From NCBI GenBank assembly GCA_016183365.1, contig JACPES010000003.1, positions 409,154 through 473,153 of the forward strand: DNA of 64,000 bases. Reading direction: 5' to 3'. Made by a program: the position numbers and the translations under genes. The DNA comes from Candidatus Collierbacteria bacterium (GTDB lineage: Bacteria > Patescibacteriota > Microgenomatia > UBA1400 > JACPES01). The first letter of the stretch is position 1. Each line of letters opens with the position of its first letter. Under the pieces are notes generated by a model. That model searched no databases. It worked only from the letters and a program-made list of their open reading frames with translations, and was not told where the DNA came from. This document shows, piece after piece, positions 27,421 to 37,499 of the stretch.

Positions 27421-30333
27421 ATGAAACTTTGGCAGTTGGGGATTATTATGGTCGCGGCGGCGGTTGTGTTTGCTCCGACTCTTGGGACTTATTTTTCCCA
27501 AGACGATTGGGTATTTTTATCCCACACTTATAAGCAACCGTTTGTTAACATATTCCGCCATTATTCGGAAACTTTCTATCGGCCGGTCGGCCAACAGCTA
27601 TTCTTTTGGATTGGAGGCAGGATTTTCGGTTTAGAGGCCAGCGGATTTCATTTGCTCGGGCTTCTTGTACATCTTTTGAATATTATTCTGTTATGGAAAC
27701 TATTTCGATATTTCCCTGCGGAGCAGGGTCCCGCTTCGCGGGATAAAATTTTGAGCAATACAAAATTATTTCTTCTATTATTTTATGCGGTTAATCCGGC
27801 CCATTTCGTGGCTTTAAATTGGTTGACTCAAGTTGATATTGAGATTGCGGTGAGCTTGGCGTTGGTTTCGACTTATATATTAAGGCCAGGCCTTTACGGA
27901 AAAGGCCAGGCCTTTTTATTACAAATTTGTGGAGTCGTATTATATTTACTCGGAGTTTTGTCCCATGAAATAGTGGCCTTTTTGCCGGTGGTTTGGTGGA
28001 TTTGGTTTAAACAGAAAAGAACTGCTGTTCTTGGTTTGATTGCCGGTTTATCATTAATCGGCGCCAAATTTCTGGCAAATCCGTTTTCATCAAACGCCGA
28101 TTACACGATTTCAATTAACATCTTGGGAATTATTTCTTCCTTAAAATGGTATGGGTTGCGAGCCTTATTTCTTCCTGAAGGAATCAGGAATTTTCCGGTT
28201 TGGCTGGCGGCAATAGGCTTGGTTCCAGCGATTTTTTTAATGTTGATATTTCGGCAGAAATTAGTCGACGGGGTAGAAATTTACCTCTTGGGAGTATTAC
28301 CGGTGTTGGGATTTGGCGGCCACCTGTTGGCGGCCTACGCGGTTTTTGGAATTGCGTTGATGGTTATCGAGTTGGGAAGGGTTAATGTCATTCCCGCCCC
28401 CGGTCAGAGCCGAGGGCAGGCTCCAGCAGGAATATATTTAAATAGATTCCGGGTCCCGCCTTCGCTTACCGTTTGCCTTCAGAAACTATTCGTTTACGGC
28501 TCACGGAGCGCTTTTAGGCGGGCAGGCAAACCCGGAATGACGGTATTTTTAGCTTCGGTAGTTATTTTAATGGCAACTGCGGGATTTATTTATTTTAATT
28601 ATTTAAATCATTGGAGTACAACCAGGGGAATTATTTCTCAAAGATTGACTGAAGATTATCTTGTTTCCGATTTAAAGATTAGGGAAGAAATATCGGCGCG
28701 GGCAAATAATTTTAAGGAAAATCCGGAAATATATTTTTCGTCAATGTCGGGTAAACAGTTTGAAGTGTTGGATCTTGGTTTACGCCGGGGAATTTTTGAC
28801 AAGCTGTTTTACCGTGGAAATGATTTAACCACTCAATTTTTGCCTGACGCTTTATTTTTCAAAGACAGCATTTTGGCCGGAAAATTTCCAATATGGAATC
28901 AGTGGATTATGGCTGGATTGCCGTACTTTTTAGACCCGCAAAATTTTTTGTGGTACCCGCCGAATTATTTTTTATTACTTCTGCCGATAGAGTTGGGGTT
29001 CTTAATTTTATTGATTGGTCATCTGGTTTTTGCCGGTTTATTTGTGGGTAAAATATCAGATATTTTACAGAAGGGTAACTGGATAGGGTGGTTGGGAGCG
29101 GGGATGTTTGTATTTTCGCCAAAGATAATTAGTCATATTGAAGAAGGAAATTGGAGTTTGGTGATTGCCGCTAGTTGGTTGCCGTTTTTATATTGGGCGC
29201 TAAAAAACAAACGATTAAATTGGACGATAATTTCTCTATCGGCGATTATTATTAATAATTTAAACATTGGATATTATGCGGCATTATTTGTCATGCTTTA
29301 TTTTTTGACACATTTGAGTCAGAAAAGGAGTCTCCTTATTGAGGCGAAGAGACTTATTAAAGTACTAATTGTTACGGTTGCCTTGACGATTCCAAGATGG
29401 TTGCCTTTGGCGCTATTCGGAAATCAAACTGTGAGGGTGAATTTGCAGGAATCCCCGTTGCCGTTTTGGAGTTGGACCAAGATTTTCAAAAGCTTATTTT
29501 TCCCATTGGCCGGAGGGCATCCTGTATTGCAGAACGAGGAGATATTGTATGTTGGGATTTTACCCATAATCCTTGGAATAATCTTTATATATATCTTTAT
29601 ATATCAAAAAGGAGTCTCCTTTCTGAAATTAAAAGGTGCAAGAGAGTTAATATTTTGGCTAGTTTGGTTGGGATTTATTTCGTTGGTTGCCGTTAATCTT
29701 AAAACCCCACTTTTTTATTTAACAAAATTACTTCCCGGATTTTCCCTGTTGCGGATTACCACCAGACCGTGGACTTTTGTGTCGTTGGCACAAGCGATAT
29801 TCGTGTCTTTAATGATTAAGGGGTTGGCGAAACGGTCTAAATTATTAGCCGGCGCGTTGGCGATTGTCATACTGTTAGAATACGCGTATTTTGATTACGG
29901 CATTTTTTCCCGGAGACAAATGGTTAAAAATGAAGTCCCATACAGGTTTTATCAAACAATGGCGTCAGCAGGTAATAAAGTTCGGGCTTATTGCACCACC
30001 GGATGTTTAGACAGGTTGACGGCCCAGAAAATGGGAATCGCGCTTTTAGACGGGAATAATCCGATTCAATTAACTGAATTTGTTAATTATTTGCAAAAAG
30101 CCGGCGGCTACACAGAAACTTCTTATTTTCCAATTTTGCCGCCATATCCGGTTTTTAATCAACAGCCCCAGCCGAATGCGGAATTGCTTGAATTGACTGC
30201 CACAAGATTTGTGATCTCGTCGTACGAATTGACGGATAGAAATTTTGAGTTAAAGGATCAGTATGGAGAATACAGATTATATCTTAACACCGTTAAACTA
30301 ATGGAAACAAAGGATCACTATTTTAATTTATAA
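27421..30333 (+). CDS. Very large polytopic membrane protein (GT-C/YfhO-like N-terminus, 970 aa)
   Basis: More than 20 hydrophobic segments; YFSQDDWVFL loop motif; carries three different in-frame repeat elements. Confidence 0.4.
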   Translation: MKLWQLGIIMVAAAVVFAPTLGTYFSQDDWVFLSHTYKQPFVNIFRHYSETFYRPVGQQLFFWIGGRIFGLEASGFHLLGLLVHLLNIILLWKLFRYFPAEQGPASRDKILSNTKLFLLLFYAVNPAHFVALNWLTQVDIEIAVSLALVSTYILRPGLYGKGQAFLLQICGVVLYLLGVLSHEIVAFLPVVWWIWFKQKRTAVLGLIAGLSLIGAKFLANPFSSNADYTISINILGIISSLKWYGLRALFLPEGIRNFPVWLAAIGLVPAIFLMLIFRQKLVDGVEIYLLGVLPVLGFGGHLLAAYAVFGIALMVIELGRVNVIPAPGQSRGQAPAGIYLNRFRVPPSLTVCLQKLFVYGSRSAFRRAGKPGMTVFLASVVILMATAGFIYFNYLNHWSTTRGIISQRLTEDYLVSDLKIREEISARANNFKENPEIYFSSMSGKQFEVLDLGLRRGIFDKLFYRGNDLTTQFLPDALFFKDSILAGKFPIWNQWIMAGLPYFLDPQNFLWYPPNYFLLLLPIELGFLILLIGHLVFAGLFVGKISDILQKGNWIGWLGAGMFVFSPKIISHIEEGNWSLVIAASWLPFLYWALKNKRLNWTIISLSAIIINNLNIGYYAALFVMLYFLTHLSQKRSLLIEAKRLIKVLIVTVALTIPRWLPLALFGNQTVRVNLQESPLPFWSWTKIFKSLFFPLAGGHPVLQNEEILYVGILPIILGIIFIYIFIYQKGVSFLKLKGARELIFWLVWLGFISLVAVNLKTPLFYLTKLLPGFSLLRITTRPWTFVSLAQAIFVSLMIKGLAKRSKLLAGALAIVILLEYAYFDYGIFSRRQMVKNEVPYRFYQTMASAGNKVRAYCTTGCLDRLTAQKMGIALLDGNNPIQLTEFVNYLQKAGGYTETSYFPILPPYPVFNQQPQPNAELLELTATRFVISSYELTDRNFELKDQYGEYRLYLNTVKLMETKDHYFNL
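27724..27752. repeat. Family C fragment (ccctgcggagcagggtcccgcttcgcggg), in-frame
   Basis: Encodes FPAEQGPASRD; matches the cores at 22818 and 45741. Confidence 0.7.
27882..27918. repeat. Family D double hairpin (aaggccaggccttt x2), in-frame
   Basis: aaggccaggcctttacggaaaaggccaggccttttt; encodes RPGLYGKGQAF. Confidence 0.8.
28387..28541. repeat. Family B palindromic element (long, composite copy) inside a coding sequence
   Basis: gtcattcccgcccccggtc...aggaatatatttaaatagattccggg...cccggaatgac; encodes ...PAGIYLNRFRV...GMTV. Confidence 0.75.
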
Positions 30334-30339
30334 TTAATT

Positions 30340-30400
30340 ATGAATTATGTAGATTGACTATGCTATAGCATATTAAATCTACATGAATAGTTTAAATAAA
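30340..30400. repeat. Intergenic inverted repeat / hairpin
   Basis: atgtagattgactatgctatagcatattaaatctacat; 9-bp outer stem plus an inner palindrome tgctatagca. Confidence 0.6.
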
Positions 30401-30402
30401 TT

Positions 30403-31380
30403 TTGAGGATGAAAATTGTTTTTATTTCTAGATATCAGGGAAAAGCAGAGAGGGGGGTAGAAAATTATGCTGATGGGCTGGCGTGGCGGCTGGGGCGAAA
30501 ATATCAGGTGAAGATTTTAACTTCGTTTTGGCAATTGTTTAGTAAACAAACAGTTGCTTTTCAAAAAAGGCCCGGCCTTAAAATAATTTATCCGCTAAAC
30601 GGTTATTGGCAATCACTTGGTTGCCGGATTTACACTTGGTTAACCGGCGCCAAACTGGTTTTGGGCGGACATGCCGGAACCGGCCGCGATGACCGGTGGA
30701 ATTTATTTATGTTTCCGGATCTATTTATTGCTTTTTCGGGAAAAGGCTACAATTGGGCTAAACAAGTAAATCCGTTTATCAAAATTGTCAAAATCCCTCA
30801 CGGAGTGAATTTAGAAAAGTTTAATCCTGATGTTAAGCCGACAGATCTTGATTTAGAAAGGCCTAGATTTGTGACGGCAGCTAATTTGGTTCCTTATAAG
30901 CGGGTCGAGAAGACGATTAAAGCTGTGGCCCGGCTTAAGAAAGGCAGTTTATTGATTTTAGGCGATGGTCCATTGGAAAAAAAAATTGATGAATTGGGGA
31001 ATAAATTATTGGGGCCACACAGATATTTGCGGTTGAAAGTTCCGCACGATCAAATGACTAAGTATTTAAACGCCTGCGATGTATTTACTTTAGTTTCGGA
31101 AGAATCAGAGGCCTTTGGGTTGGTTTATCTTGAAGCCTTGGCGTGTAATTTGACTGTGGTAGCCACTGATGACTCTTTACGGCGGGAATTGATCGGAGAT
31201 GCCGGATTATTTATAAAAAATCCGGAAGATAGTCAGGGATACGCGAGAGCTTTAGAAGTAGCGGCGAATACTGATTGGGGAGATAAACCGGTGAAGCGGG
31301 CGAAAAAGTTTGATTGGGAAAAAACTGCCGGCAAATATTTAGAGGAGTTTGGAGGAATTTGTGGGAAGATAGCGCAATGA
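30403..31380 (+). CDS. GT4-family glycosyltransferase (GT-B, retaining)
   Basis: EX7E motif EESEAFGLVYLEALA; 325 aa. Confidence 0.7.
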   Translation: MRMKIVFISRYQGKAERGVENYADGLAWRLGRKYQVKILTSFWQLFSKQTVAFQKRPGLKIIYPLNGYWQSLGCRIYTWLTGAKLVLGGHAGTGRDDRWNLFMFPDLFIAFSGKGYNWAKQVNPFIKIVKIPHGVNLEKFNPDVKPTDLDLERPRFVTAANLVPYKRVEKTIKAVARLKKGSLLILGDGPLEKKIDELGNKLLGPHRYLRLKVPHDQMTKYLNACDVFTLVSEESEAFGLVYLEALACNLTVVATDDSLRRELIGDAGLFIKNPEDSQGYARALEVAANTDWGDKPVKRAKKFDWEKTAGKYLEEFGGICGKIAQ

Positions 31381-32297
31381 AAAGCATCTCTATAGTAATT
31401 CCGGTTTATAACGAGGAGAAAGTTATCTGCAGGTGTTTGAAGTCGCTGTCACAACAGACGCTTCAGGCTAAGGAAATTATCGTGGTTGATGACGGGTCAG
31501 CCGATAAAACTCTTCAGGTTTTATCTAATTTTCAATTTTTCCCGCAAAGCAGGATCCCGCTTCGCCCTGTACCAGACGGTACGGGGCTTCGCGGTACAAT
31601 TTTCAATTTTCAATTATTACAGCAAAAGCATTGTGGAGCAGGGGCGGCAAGAAATTTGGGGGCGGGAAAAGCGACGGGGGATATTTTGGTTTTCGTGGAC
31701 GCGGATATGAGGTTTCACCCGAAGTTTTTGGAAGAATTGACGGAGACGATTCATGAAGGCAAGTCCAAAGGCACATTTTCTAAACTCGAATATATTGCTA
31801 ATTGGAACAATCGTTGGGCCAGATTCTGGAATTATGACAAAGGTATTTATGAACCGCGGGCAATTCCGGTGGATTACCCCAAAACCGCACCGGTATTCCG
31901 GGCGATATTAAAATCTGAATTTGACAGGGCCGGCGGATTTGACGAGAATAAAGGCTATAACGACGATTGGAGTTTGAGCGAAAAACTTGGGATTAAAGCC
32001 ACCGAGGCCAAAGCCAAATTTTTTCACTATAATCCGCAAAATCTGGCCGAGGTTTTTATCCAAGCTCGTTGGGCTGGGAAAAGAAAATATAAATTGGGGA
32101 TTTTGGGAGCTTTAGCCAGAGAATTTCCGTTGTGGGCGTCTATGATCGGGATAATCAGGGTAATCAGGAGAAAGAGAGAAATCGGGGAGTCTTTATTAAG
32201 TTTGTTAACATTATATCCGCTGTTTCTGCTTACAATTAAGACGGCATCCACAATTGGGATTATAGAGTTTATGTTTTGGGGAAAATCATCAAAATAA
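31377..32297 (+). CDS. GT2-family glycosyltransferase
   Basis: SIVIPVYNEEKVI, VVDDGSADKT, VDAD (DXD); start at the ATG at 31377 (ATGA overlap with the upstream gene). Confidence 0.75.
   Translation: MKSISIVIPVYNEEKVICRCLKSLSQQTLQAKEIIVVDDGSADKTLQVLSNFQFFPQSRIPLRPVPDGTGLRGTIFNFQLLQQKHCGAGAARNLGAGKATGDILVFVDADMRFHPKFLEELTETIHEGKSKGTFSKLEYIANWNNRWARFWNYDKGIYEPRAIPVDYPKTAPVFRAILKSEFDRAGGFDENKGYNDDWSLSEKLGIKATEAKAKFFHYNPQNLAEVFIQARWAGKRKYKLGILGALAREFPLWASMIGIIRVIRRKREIGESLLSLLTLYPLFLLTIKTASTIGIIEFMFWGKSSK
31527..31615. repeat. Family C element insertion flanked by duplicated aattttc heptamer arrays (TSD-like)
   Basis: aattttcaattttt | cccgcaaagcaggatcccgcttcgccctgtaccagacggtacggggcttcgcgg | tacaattttcaattttcaatt. 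Confidence 0.75.
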
Positions 32298-33748
32298 TGA
32301 AGAATACTGTTAAATCATCGCTTGCAGATCGTTTTTGGCTGTTAATAATATTGTCCTTAAGTTTATGGATAAGGTTGGTCGGAATTAATCAGTCATTGTG
32401 GCTGGATGAGGCGATTGAGTGGTGGGCGGTAACAACTTTTAGCCTTAAACAATTGTTGTTCGGATATATGGGCGGAGATTTTAATCCACCCGGTCATCAT
32501 TTATTGCTATGGTTTTGGGTCAGGATATTCGGCGATTCGGAAATTGCCTTGCGTTTTCCTTCGGTTCTGTTCGGGATAGGCATCGTATACATAACTTATA
32601 AAATCGCTAAATTAATTTTGGGAAAACAAGATGGACTTATAGGCGTTTCCGGGTTCCCGCTCAAAATTTCCCATGTCAGCGCTATTTTTGCCGCTTTTTC
32701 CGGATTGCTGATTTACTATTCCCAGGAAGCCAGGATGTATTCGATGGCGACTTTTTTTACTGCCGGAGCTTTCTATTTTTTAATCAAGAATGAATCGGAC
32801 GGAAAAAAGTTTGGGATAAATTATCTTTTCTTCTCAGTATTTCTTACTATCGGACTGTATTCGCATTATTTAGTCTGGTTGTTATTGCCTTTGATGTTTA
32901 TTACCGGGAAAAAATATATTTTTCCGGCTTTTACCCTAATGCCTTGGTTGCCAATGCTTTTTAAACAAATAATTTCCGGTTTATCGGCGGCCGAAAATCC
33001 TATTTGGGCGCAATTAAGCCAAACATCGGTTAAAAACGTATTGCTGGTGGCAATTAAATTTGTGACAGGTCGGATCCCGTTTCCGGATTCAGGCGGACTC
33101 TTGGCAATAACCGTTATATTCGTGATCGCTTTTTGGTTTTTGGCGATTAACGGGATTAGGGAATTTTCCGAAAGGCAAGAAACCAAACACGTCATGCGAA
33201 TTTTATTGGGTTGGATAATTTGGCCGTTGGCCTCCGGGGCTTTAATCGGAATTTTTGTGCCTATATTTTCTTATTTCAGATTATTATTTATTTTGCCTCC
33301 GGTTTTAATTTTGGCCGCTATCGGAGCCAATCGTCAACGCTGGCTATTGGAGCCCATAGTATTGGGTTTGATGATTTCGTCGGCAATTTATGTTTCAGGG
33401 AGTACTTACCGCCGAGAAAATTGGGCCGGGGCGGTAGCCGATGTTGAAAAACGGGAACCGGAAGCTGTGGTGGTTATTCATCCGGCAGTGAGGCCGCCGT
33501 TTGATTATTACGATCGGGGTATCTCAAATGTAATGGATGTTTCTTCCTTTCACTCCTTATCCCTTATCCCTTATCCCTCTATTTGGTATATCCCCTACGC
33601 CCAGCCCATCTTTGATGCTAATGATTCTACCCGTCAATTGTTGGAATTACGGAATTTTAACAGAACTTATCAACAGCATTTTCGGGGAGTCACGGTTGAG
33701 CATTGGGTGAAAGATAATGTGCAGGAAGCAGAAAACAATGAGCAATGA
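32276..33748 (+). CDS. GT-C family membrane glycosyltransferase (GT39/ArnT-like)
   Basis: SLWLDEAIEW first-loop DE motif; 490 aa polytopic. Confidence 0.45.
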   Translation: MGKIIKIMKNTVKSSLADRFWLLIILSLSLWIRLVGINQSLWLDEAIEWWAVTTFSLKQLLFGYMGGDFNPPGHHLLLWFWVRIFGDSEIALRFPSVLFGIGIVYITYKIAKLILGKQDGLIGVSGFPLKISHVSAIFAAFSGLLIYYSQEARMYSMATFFTAGAFYFLIKNESDGKKFGINYLFFSVFLTIGLYSHYLVWLLLPLMFITGKKYIFPAFTLMPWLPMLFKQIISGLSAAENPIWAQLSQTSVKNVLLVAIKFVTGRIPFPDSGGLLAITVIFVIAFWFLAINGIREFSERQETKHVMRILLGWIIWPLASGALIGIFVPIFSYFRLLFILPPVLILAAIGANRQRWLLEPIVLGLMISSAIYVSGSTYRRENWAGAVADVEKREPEAVVVIHPAVRPPFDYYDRGISNVMDVSSFHSLSLIPYPSIWYIPYAQPIFDANDSTRQLLELRNFNRTYQQHFRGVTVEHWVKDNVQEAENNEQ

Positions 33749-33770
33749 ACAGAAAGAAGAGTAAAAAGTA

Positions 33771-34589
33771 ATGAGTAATTTTTTCAACGAAATTCTGGCA
33801 TTGAAAGGAACGCCGTGGTATCGGTGGCATCCGGAATTGGCCTTAAGGTATTTACCCGTGGTTGAATATATCAAAAATGAACAAACATATCCAAAAAGGC
33901 CTGGCCTTTCCAGAAAAGACCAAGCCTTTTCAGTCTTAGAAGTTGGATCCGGCGGTTTGGGGATAGCACCTTATTTGAAAATGCCGGTTACGGGTGTGGA
34001 TGTTAAATTTGAAACTCCGTTTCACCCCCAATTAATCAGAGTAATCGGCAAAGCGGAAAAACTGGATTTTGCCGATAAATCGTTTGACGTGGTTATTAGT
34101 TCGGATATGCTCGAGCATTTGCCGCCAAAGAAAAGGCAGGAAGTTATTTATGAGATGATCAGGGTAGCCAAATCAGGTGTGATTGTAGGAGTCCCTTGCG
34201 GCGCTCAATCCTCTCAACAGGATATGGAGTTTCGCCAAGAGTACCTGAAAATTCACAAAAAAGAGTTTCCGTTTTTGTTAGAGCAGGTGGAATATGGTTT
34301 GCCTGGCGAAACTGATATAATTTCCTATATCAATAAATCGAGTAAAAAGTTGGATAAAAAGATTAAATTAAAGGTTTTGGGAAACGAAAATATGAGGACC
34401 AGAAAATTTTTAATGACCGGCTGGATGAGCCAACATTTTTTTATGAATATATTTTTTAGAAAAGTTCTGTTATTTTTAATTCCGTTATTTATGTGGCTAG
34501 AAAGGCCTCCGTACTATAGGCAGATATTCTTTGTGAAAATCAAAAGCGATCCGAATATCCGAATGCATCCGAATGATCCGAATATTTAA
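33771..34589 (+). CDS. Class I SAM-dependent methyltransferase
   Basis: VLEVGSGGLG motif I, FDVVISSDMLEHL. Confidence 0.55.
   Translation: MSNFFNEILALKGTPWYRWHPELALRYLPVVEYIKNEQTYPKRPGLSRKDQAFSVLEVGSGGLGIAPYLKMPVTGVDVKFETPFHPQLIRVIGKAEKLDFADKSFDVVISSDMLEHLPPKKRQEVIYEMIRVAKSGVIVGVPCGAQSSQQDMEFRQEYLKIHKKEFPFLLEQVEYGLPGETDIISYINKSSKKLDKKIKLKVLGNENMRTRKFLMTGWMSQHFFMNIFFRKVLLFLIPLFMWLERPPYYRQIFFVKIKSDPNIRMHPNDPNI
33893..33933. repeat. Family D double hairpin, in-frame
   Basis: aaaaaggcctggcctttccagaaaagaccaagcctttt; encodes KRPGLSRKDQAFS. Confidence 0.75.
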
Positions 34590-34626
34590 GGATTCGTAGA
34601 TTCGGATAATTCGTAGATTAGGATCG
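34548..34626. repeat. Dispersed repeat family A, copy 2
   Basis: gatccgaatatccgaatgcatccgaatgatccgaatatttaaggattcgtagattcggataattcgtagattaggatcgg. Confidence 0.8.
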
Positions 34627-34632
34627 GTTATT

Positions 34633-35730
34633 ATGAGAATCGGAATTGACGTTACTGCCAGCATATATTCGGGGACCGGGGTGGCTTCTTATTACCGGTC
34701 GCTGGTTCCGGAATTGGTTAAGCAAGGCAAGGGTTGCGATTTCGTATTGCTGGGTTACGCCATGCGGCGTTTTTCAGATCTCTTACTTGCGAATAAAAAA
34801 TTCTTTTTTCCTCCAAGATTAATGGAGATACTTTGGAATAAATTACATATTATTCCGGTAGAAACGTTTACCGGGAATTTGGATATTTTTCACGCTTGGG
34901 ATTATTTGCAGCCCCCGGTCAGGAAAGCCAAAATAGTAACTACAATTCATGATTTAACTACTATTAAATTTCCTCTTTATCACCGTGATTCTACGGTTGA
35001 AGCCCAAAGTAATCGTTTGCGTTGGGTGAGGCGGGAAGCCAACCTGATTTTAGCCGATTCTTTAGCGACCAAGCAAGATATTATTGAACTTTTGGGAGTT
35101 CCGGAGACTAAGATTAAAGTTGTATATTTAGCCGCGGGGGAACAGTATAAAGAATTCAGAATTAAGAATCCAGAATTCAGAATTAAAGAAATCGCAAGAT
35201 TGAAAAAGAAATACGGGATTGGCGGCGAGTATTTCATTTCGGTCGGAACACTCGAACCGCGGAAAAACTTAAAACGGGTTATTGAAGCCTTTGTAGTCAT
35301 TAGACATCAACCATCAACCATCAACCATCAACTTGTCATTGTTGGACGCGCCGGCTGGGGAGAAAATTTGCCGCAAGCTAACAACGTCAAATTATTAGGA
35401 TTGGTTTCGGATGAAGACTTACCCGGTCTTTATGCCGGTTCAATGGGATTACTTTATCCGTCGCTATATGAAGGCTTCGGGCTGCCGATTTTGGAGGCCA
35501 TGACAGTAGGTTGTCCGGTTTTAACTTCAGATAGAGGAAGTTTGGCAGAAGTAGCCGGTGGAGCGGCGGTTTTGGCTGATCCGGAAAATGTTGAGTCAAT
35601 CGCTTGGGGGATTGAATCATTAATTAAAGACAGAAAAAAATTAATTAGTCGAGGCTTGAAACGGTCGGAAAATTTCAGTTGGAAAAATACCGCCAAAGAA
35701 ATATTATCGGTTTATAAGTCTTTATGTTAA
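34633..35730 (+). CDS. GT4-family glycosyltransferase
   Basis: GTLEPRKNL, EGFGLPILEAM (EX7E); carries two in-frame heptamer arrays. Confidence 0.8.
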   Translation: MRIGIDVTASIYSGTGVASYYRSLVPELVKQGKGCDFVLLGYAMRRFSDLLLANKKFFFPPRLMEILWNKLHIIPVETFTGNLDIFHAWDYLQPPVRKAKIVTTIHDLTTIKFPLYHRDSTVEAQSNRLRWVRREANLILADSLATKQDIIELLGVPETKIKVVYLAAGEQYKEFRIKNPEFRIKEIARLKKKYGIGGEYFISVGTLEPRKNLKRVIEAFVVIRHQPSTINHQLVIVGRAGWGENLPQANNVKLLGLVSDEDLPGLYAGSMGLLYPSLYEGFGLPILEAMTVGCPVLTSDRGSLAEVAGGAAVLADPENVESIAWGIESLIKDRKKLISRGLKRSENFSWKNTAKEILSVYKSLC

Positions 35731-36896
35731 TCGGGATTGACGGGAATGAGGCTAATATTAAAGAGCGGGTGGGAGTAAATGTTTGGGCGTTTGAGGTGCT
35801 GAAGCATCTTCAAGGGCTAAGGGCTAAGGGACAAGGGATAAAGGCAGACACAAAATTTGTCATATATCTTTCTCGCCCGCCGATGGAAGATTTACCGATG
35901 GATACGGATAATTGGAAATATCGGGTGATCGGGCCGGCAAAATTTTGGACCAGATGGAGATTACCGCTTGATCTGTATTTTCATAAGCCTAGGCCGGATA
36001 TATTTTTGTCCTTATCGCACTATGCTCCGAAATGGTCTCCGGTCCCAAGGATTGTCTGTATTATGGATTTGTCGTTTTTAAAATATCCGGAGGCATTTAA
36101 ACCAGCCGTATTTTGGCAGCTCAAGAATTGGACGGAAGAATCAGTGCGATACGCAGCGCATATTGTTACGATCAGTGAATTTAACAAGAGGGAAATCGTT
36201 AGAGAATATAAGTATCCCGAGGATCGTATTACAGTTATCTATCCAGGAATCTCAAAGATGTTTAAGGGCCCGGCCTTGCCGCGCCAAAGACGGGCCTTAT
36301 TAAAATATGGAATCAGAGGGAAGTATTTGCTTTTTGTCGGCACCAGGCAGCAGAAGAAGAATTTAGATAGGTTAACACAGGCATTTGATCTAGTGAGAAA
36401 AAAGTTTCCTGACATTCAGTTGGTGGTGGTTGGTAAAACTTGGAGACAGTTTATGTCTGTGAAGTTTACGAAACTTCACAATCGAGAAGTTTCGCAAACT
36501 GCGAATGTATTGATGGTCGGATATGTTAATGAAAGAGATTTGCCGGCTGTTTACGCCGGAGCAGAAGCATTAGTGTTGCCGAGTTTGTACGAAGGTTTTG
36601 GAATTCCGGCGGCGGAAGCGATGGGCGTTGGGACATTGATCGCGGCCAGTAATACAACCAGTTTGCCGGAAGTGATGGCAGGCTCCGGAATTTTATTTAA
36701 TCCGTTGGATGTGCAGGATATGGCTGATAAAATTAGTTTGGCTCTATCAATGGATAAAAGCCGGAAGCGGGAATTGATTAAAAAAGGTATGATAAGAGCT
36801 AAAAGATTTAGTTGGGACATTGCGGCCAGCGAGACAATTAGATTGCTTAATTATTTTCCCGCAAAGCGGGATCAGGCTTTGCCTGAAAATAATTGA
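35724..36896 (+). CDS. GT4-family glycosyltransferase
   Basis: GTRQQKKNL, EGFGIPAAEAM. Confidence 0.8.
   Translation: MLIGIDGNEANIKERVGVNVWAFEVLKHLQGLRAKGQGIKADTKFVIYLSRPPMEDLPMDTDNWKYRVIGPAKFWTRWRLPLDLYFHKPRPDIFLSLSHYAPKWSPVPRIVCIMDLSFLKYPEAFKPAVFWQLKNWTEESVRYAAHIVTISEFNKREIVREYKYPEDRITVIYPGISKMFKGPALPRQRRALLKYGIRGKYLLFVGTRQQKKNLDRLTQAFDLVRKKFPDIQLVVVGKTWRQFMSVKFTKLHNREVSQTANVLMVGYVNERDLPAVYAGAEALVLPSLYEGFGIPAAEAMGVGTLIAASNTTSLPEVMAGSGILFNPLDVQDMADKISLALSMDKSRKRELIKKGMIRAKRFSWDIAASETIRLLNYFPAKRDQALPENN
35811..35845. repeat. Heptamer tandem array taagggc/taaggga, in-frame
   Basis: caagggctaagggctaagggacaagggataaagg; encodes LQGLRAKGQGIKA. Confidence 0.8.
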
Positions 36897-36899
36897 AGT
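36848..36899 (+). promoter_or_regulatory. Conserved 52-bp upstream structured motif (copy 2)
   Basis: ttaattattttcccgcaaagcgggatcaggctttgcctgaaaataattgaagt; overlaps the last codons of the GT4 gene, with ATG at 36906. Confidence 0.5.
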
Positions 36900-36905
36900 C
36901 TATAT

Positions 36906-37499
36906 ATGAAAGATAAATACGGCAAGAATTTGTCAAATTTCGAAGCCTCGAAGAAAATTTTAACGAGGCTTTATAACTATTTTCTGGATCTAAAAATATA
37001 TTTACTGGAAATCTGCGGCTGGATTCCTTTCCATTTTGTCAGAAATACTATTTATAAGTTGGCCGGGATTAGGATTGGAAGCGGTTCGACCATTCATACC
37101 GGATGCAGGTTTTATCAACCCAAAAATATTTCAATTGGCGCAGGCACCTCTGTCGGCGATAGATGCTTTCTTGACGGTAGAACAAAACTGTCCATCGGCA
37201 ACCATACCAGTATTGCCTCGCAGGTTTTAATTTATAACAGCGAACATAATATTAACGATGAGTGGTTCGGAGCGATAGAACAGCCGGTTACAATCGGCGA
37301 TTATGTATTTATCGGTCCCAGGGTGATTATATTGCCCGGGGTGCATATCGGAAACGGAGCGGTGATTGCCGCCGGAGCGGTAGTGGTTAAAGACGTGCCA
37401 GAAGGGGAAATTTTCGGAGGAGTTCCGGCTAAAAAAATTGCCGACCGTCAACTGAAGGATTATCACTATCGCCTTGGCCGCCACCGCTTGTTTCAATGA
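36906..37499 (+). CDS. Hexapeptide-repeat (LbH) acetyltransferase, WbbJ/maltose O-acetyltransferase-like
   Basis: IGAGTSVGDRCFLDG, IGNHTSIASQVLI, IGDYVFIGPRVIILPGVHIGNGAVIAAGAVV. Confidence 0.7.
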   Translation: MKDKYGKNLSNFEASKKILTRLYNYFLDLKIYLLEICGWIPFHFVRNTIYKLAGIRIGSGSTIHTGCRFYQPKNISIGAGTSVGDRCFLDGRTKLSIGNHTSIASQVLIYNSEHNINDEWFGAIEQPVTIGDYVFIGPRVIILPGVHIGNGAVIAAGAVVVKDVPEGEIFGGVPAKKIADRQLKDYHYRLGRHRLFQ

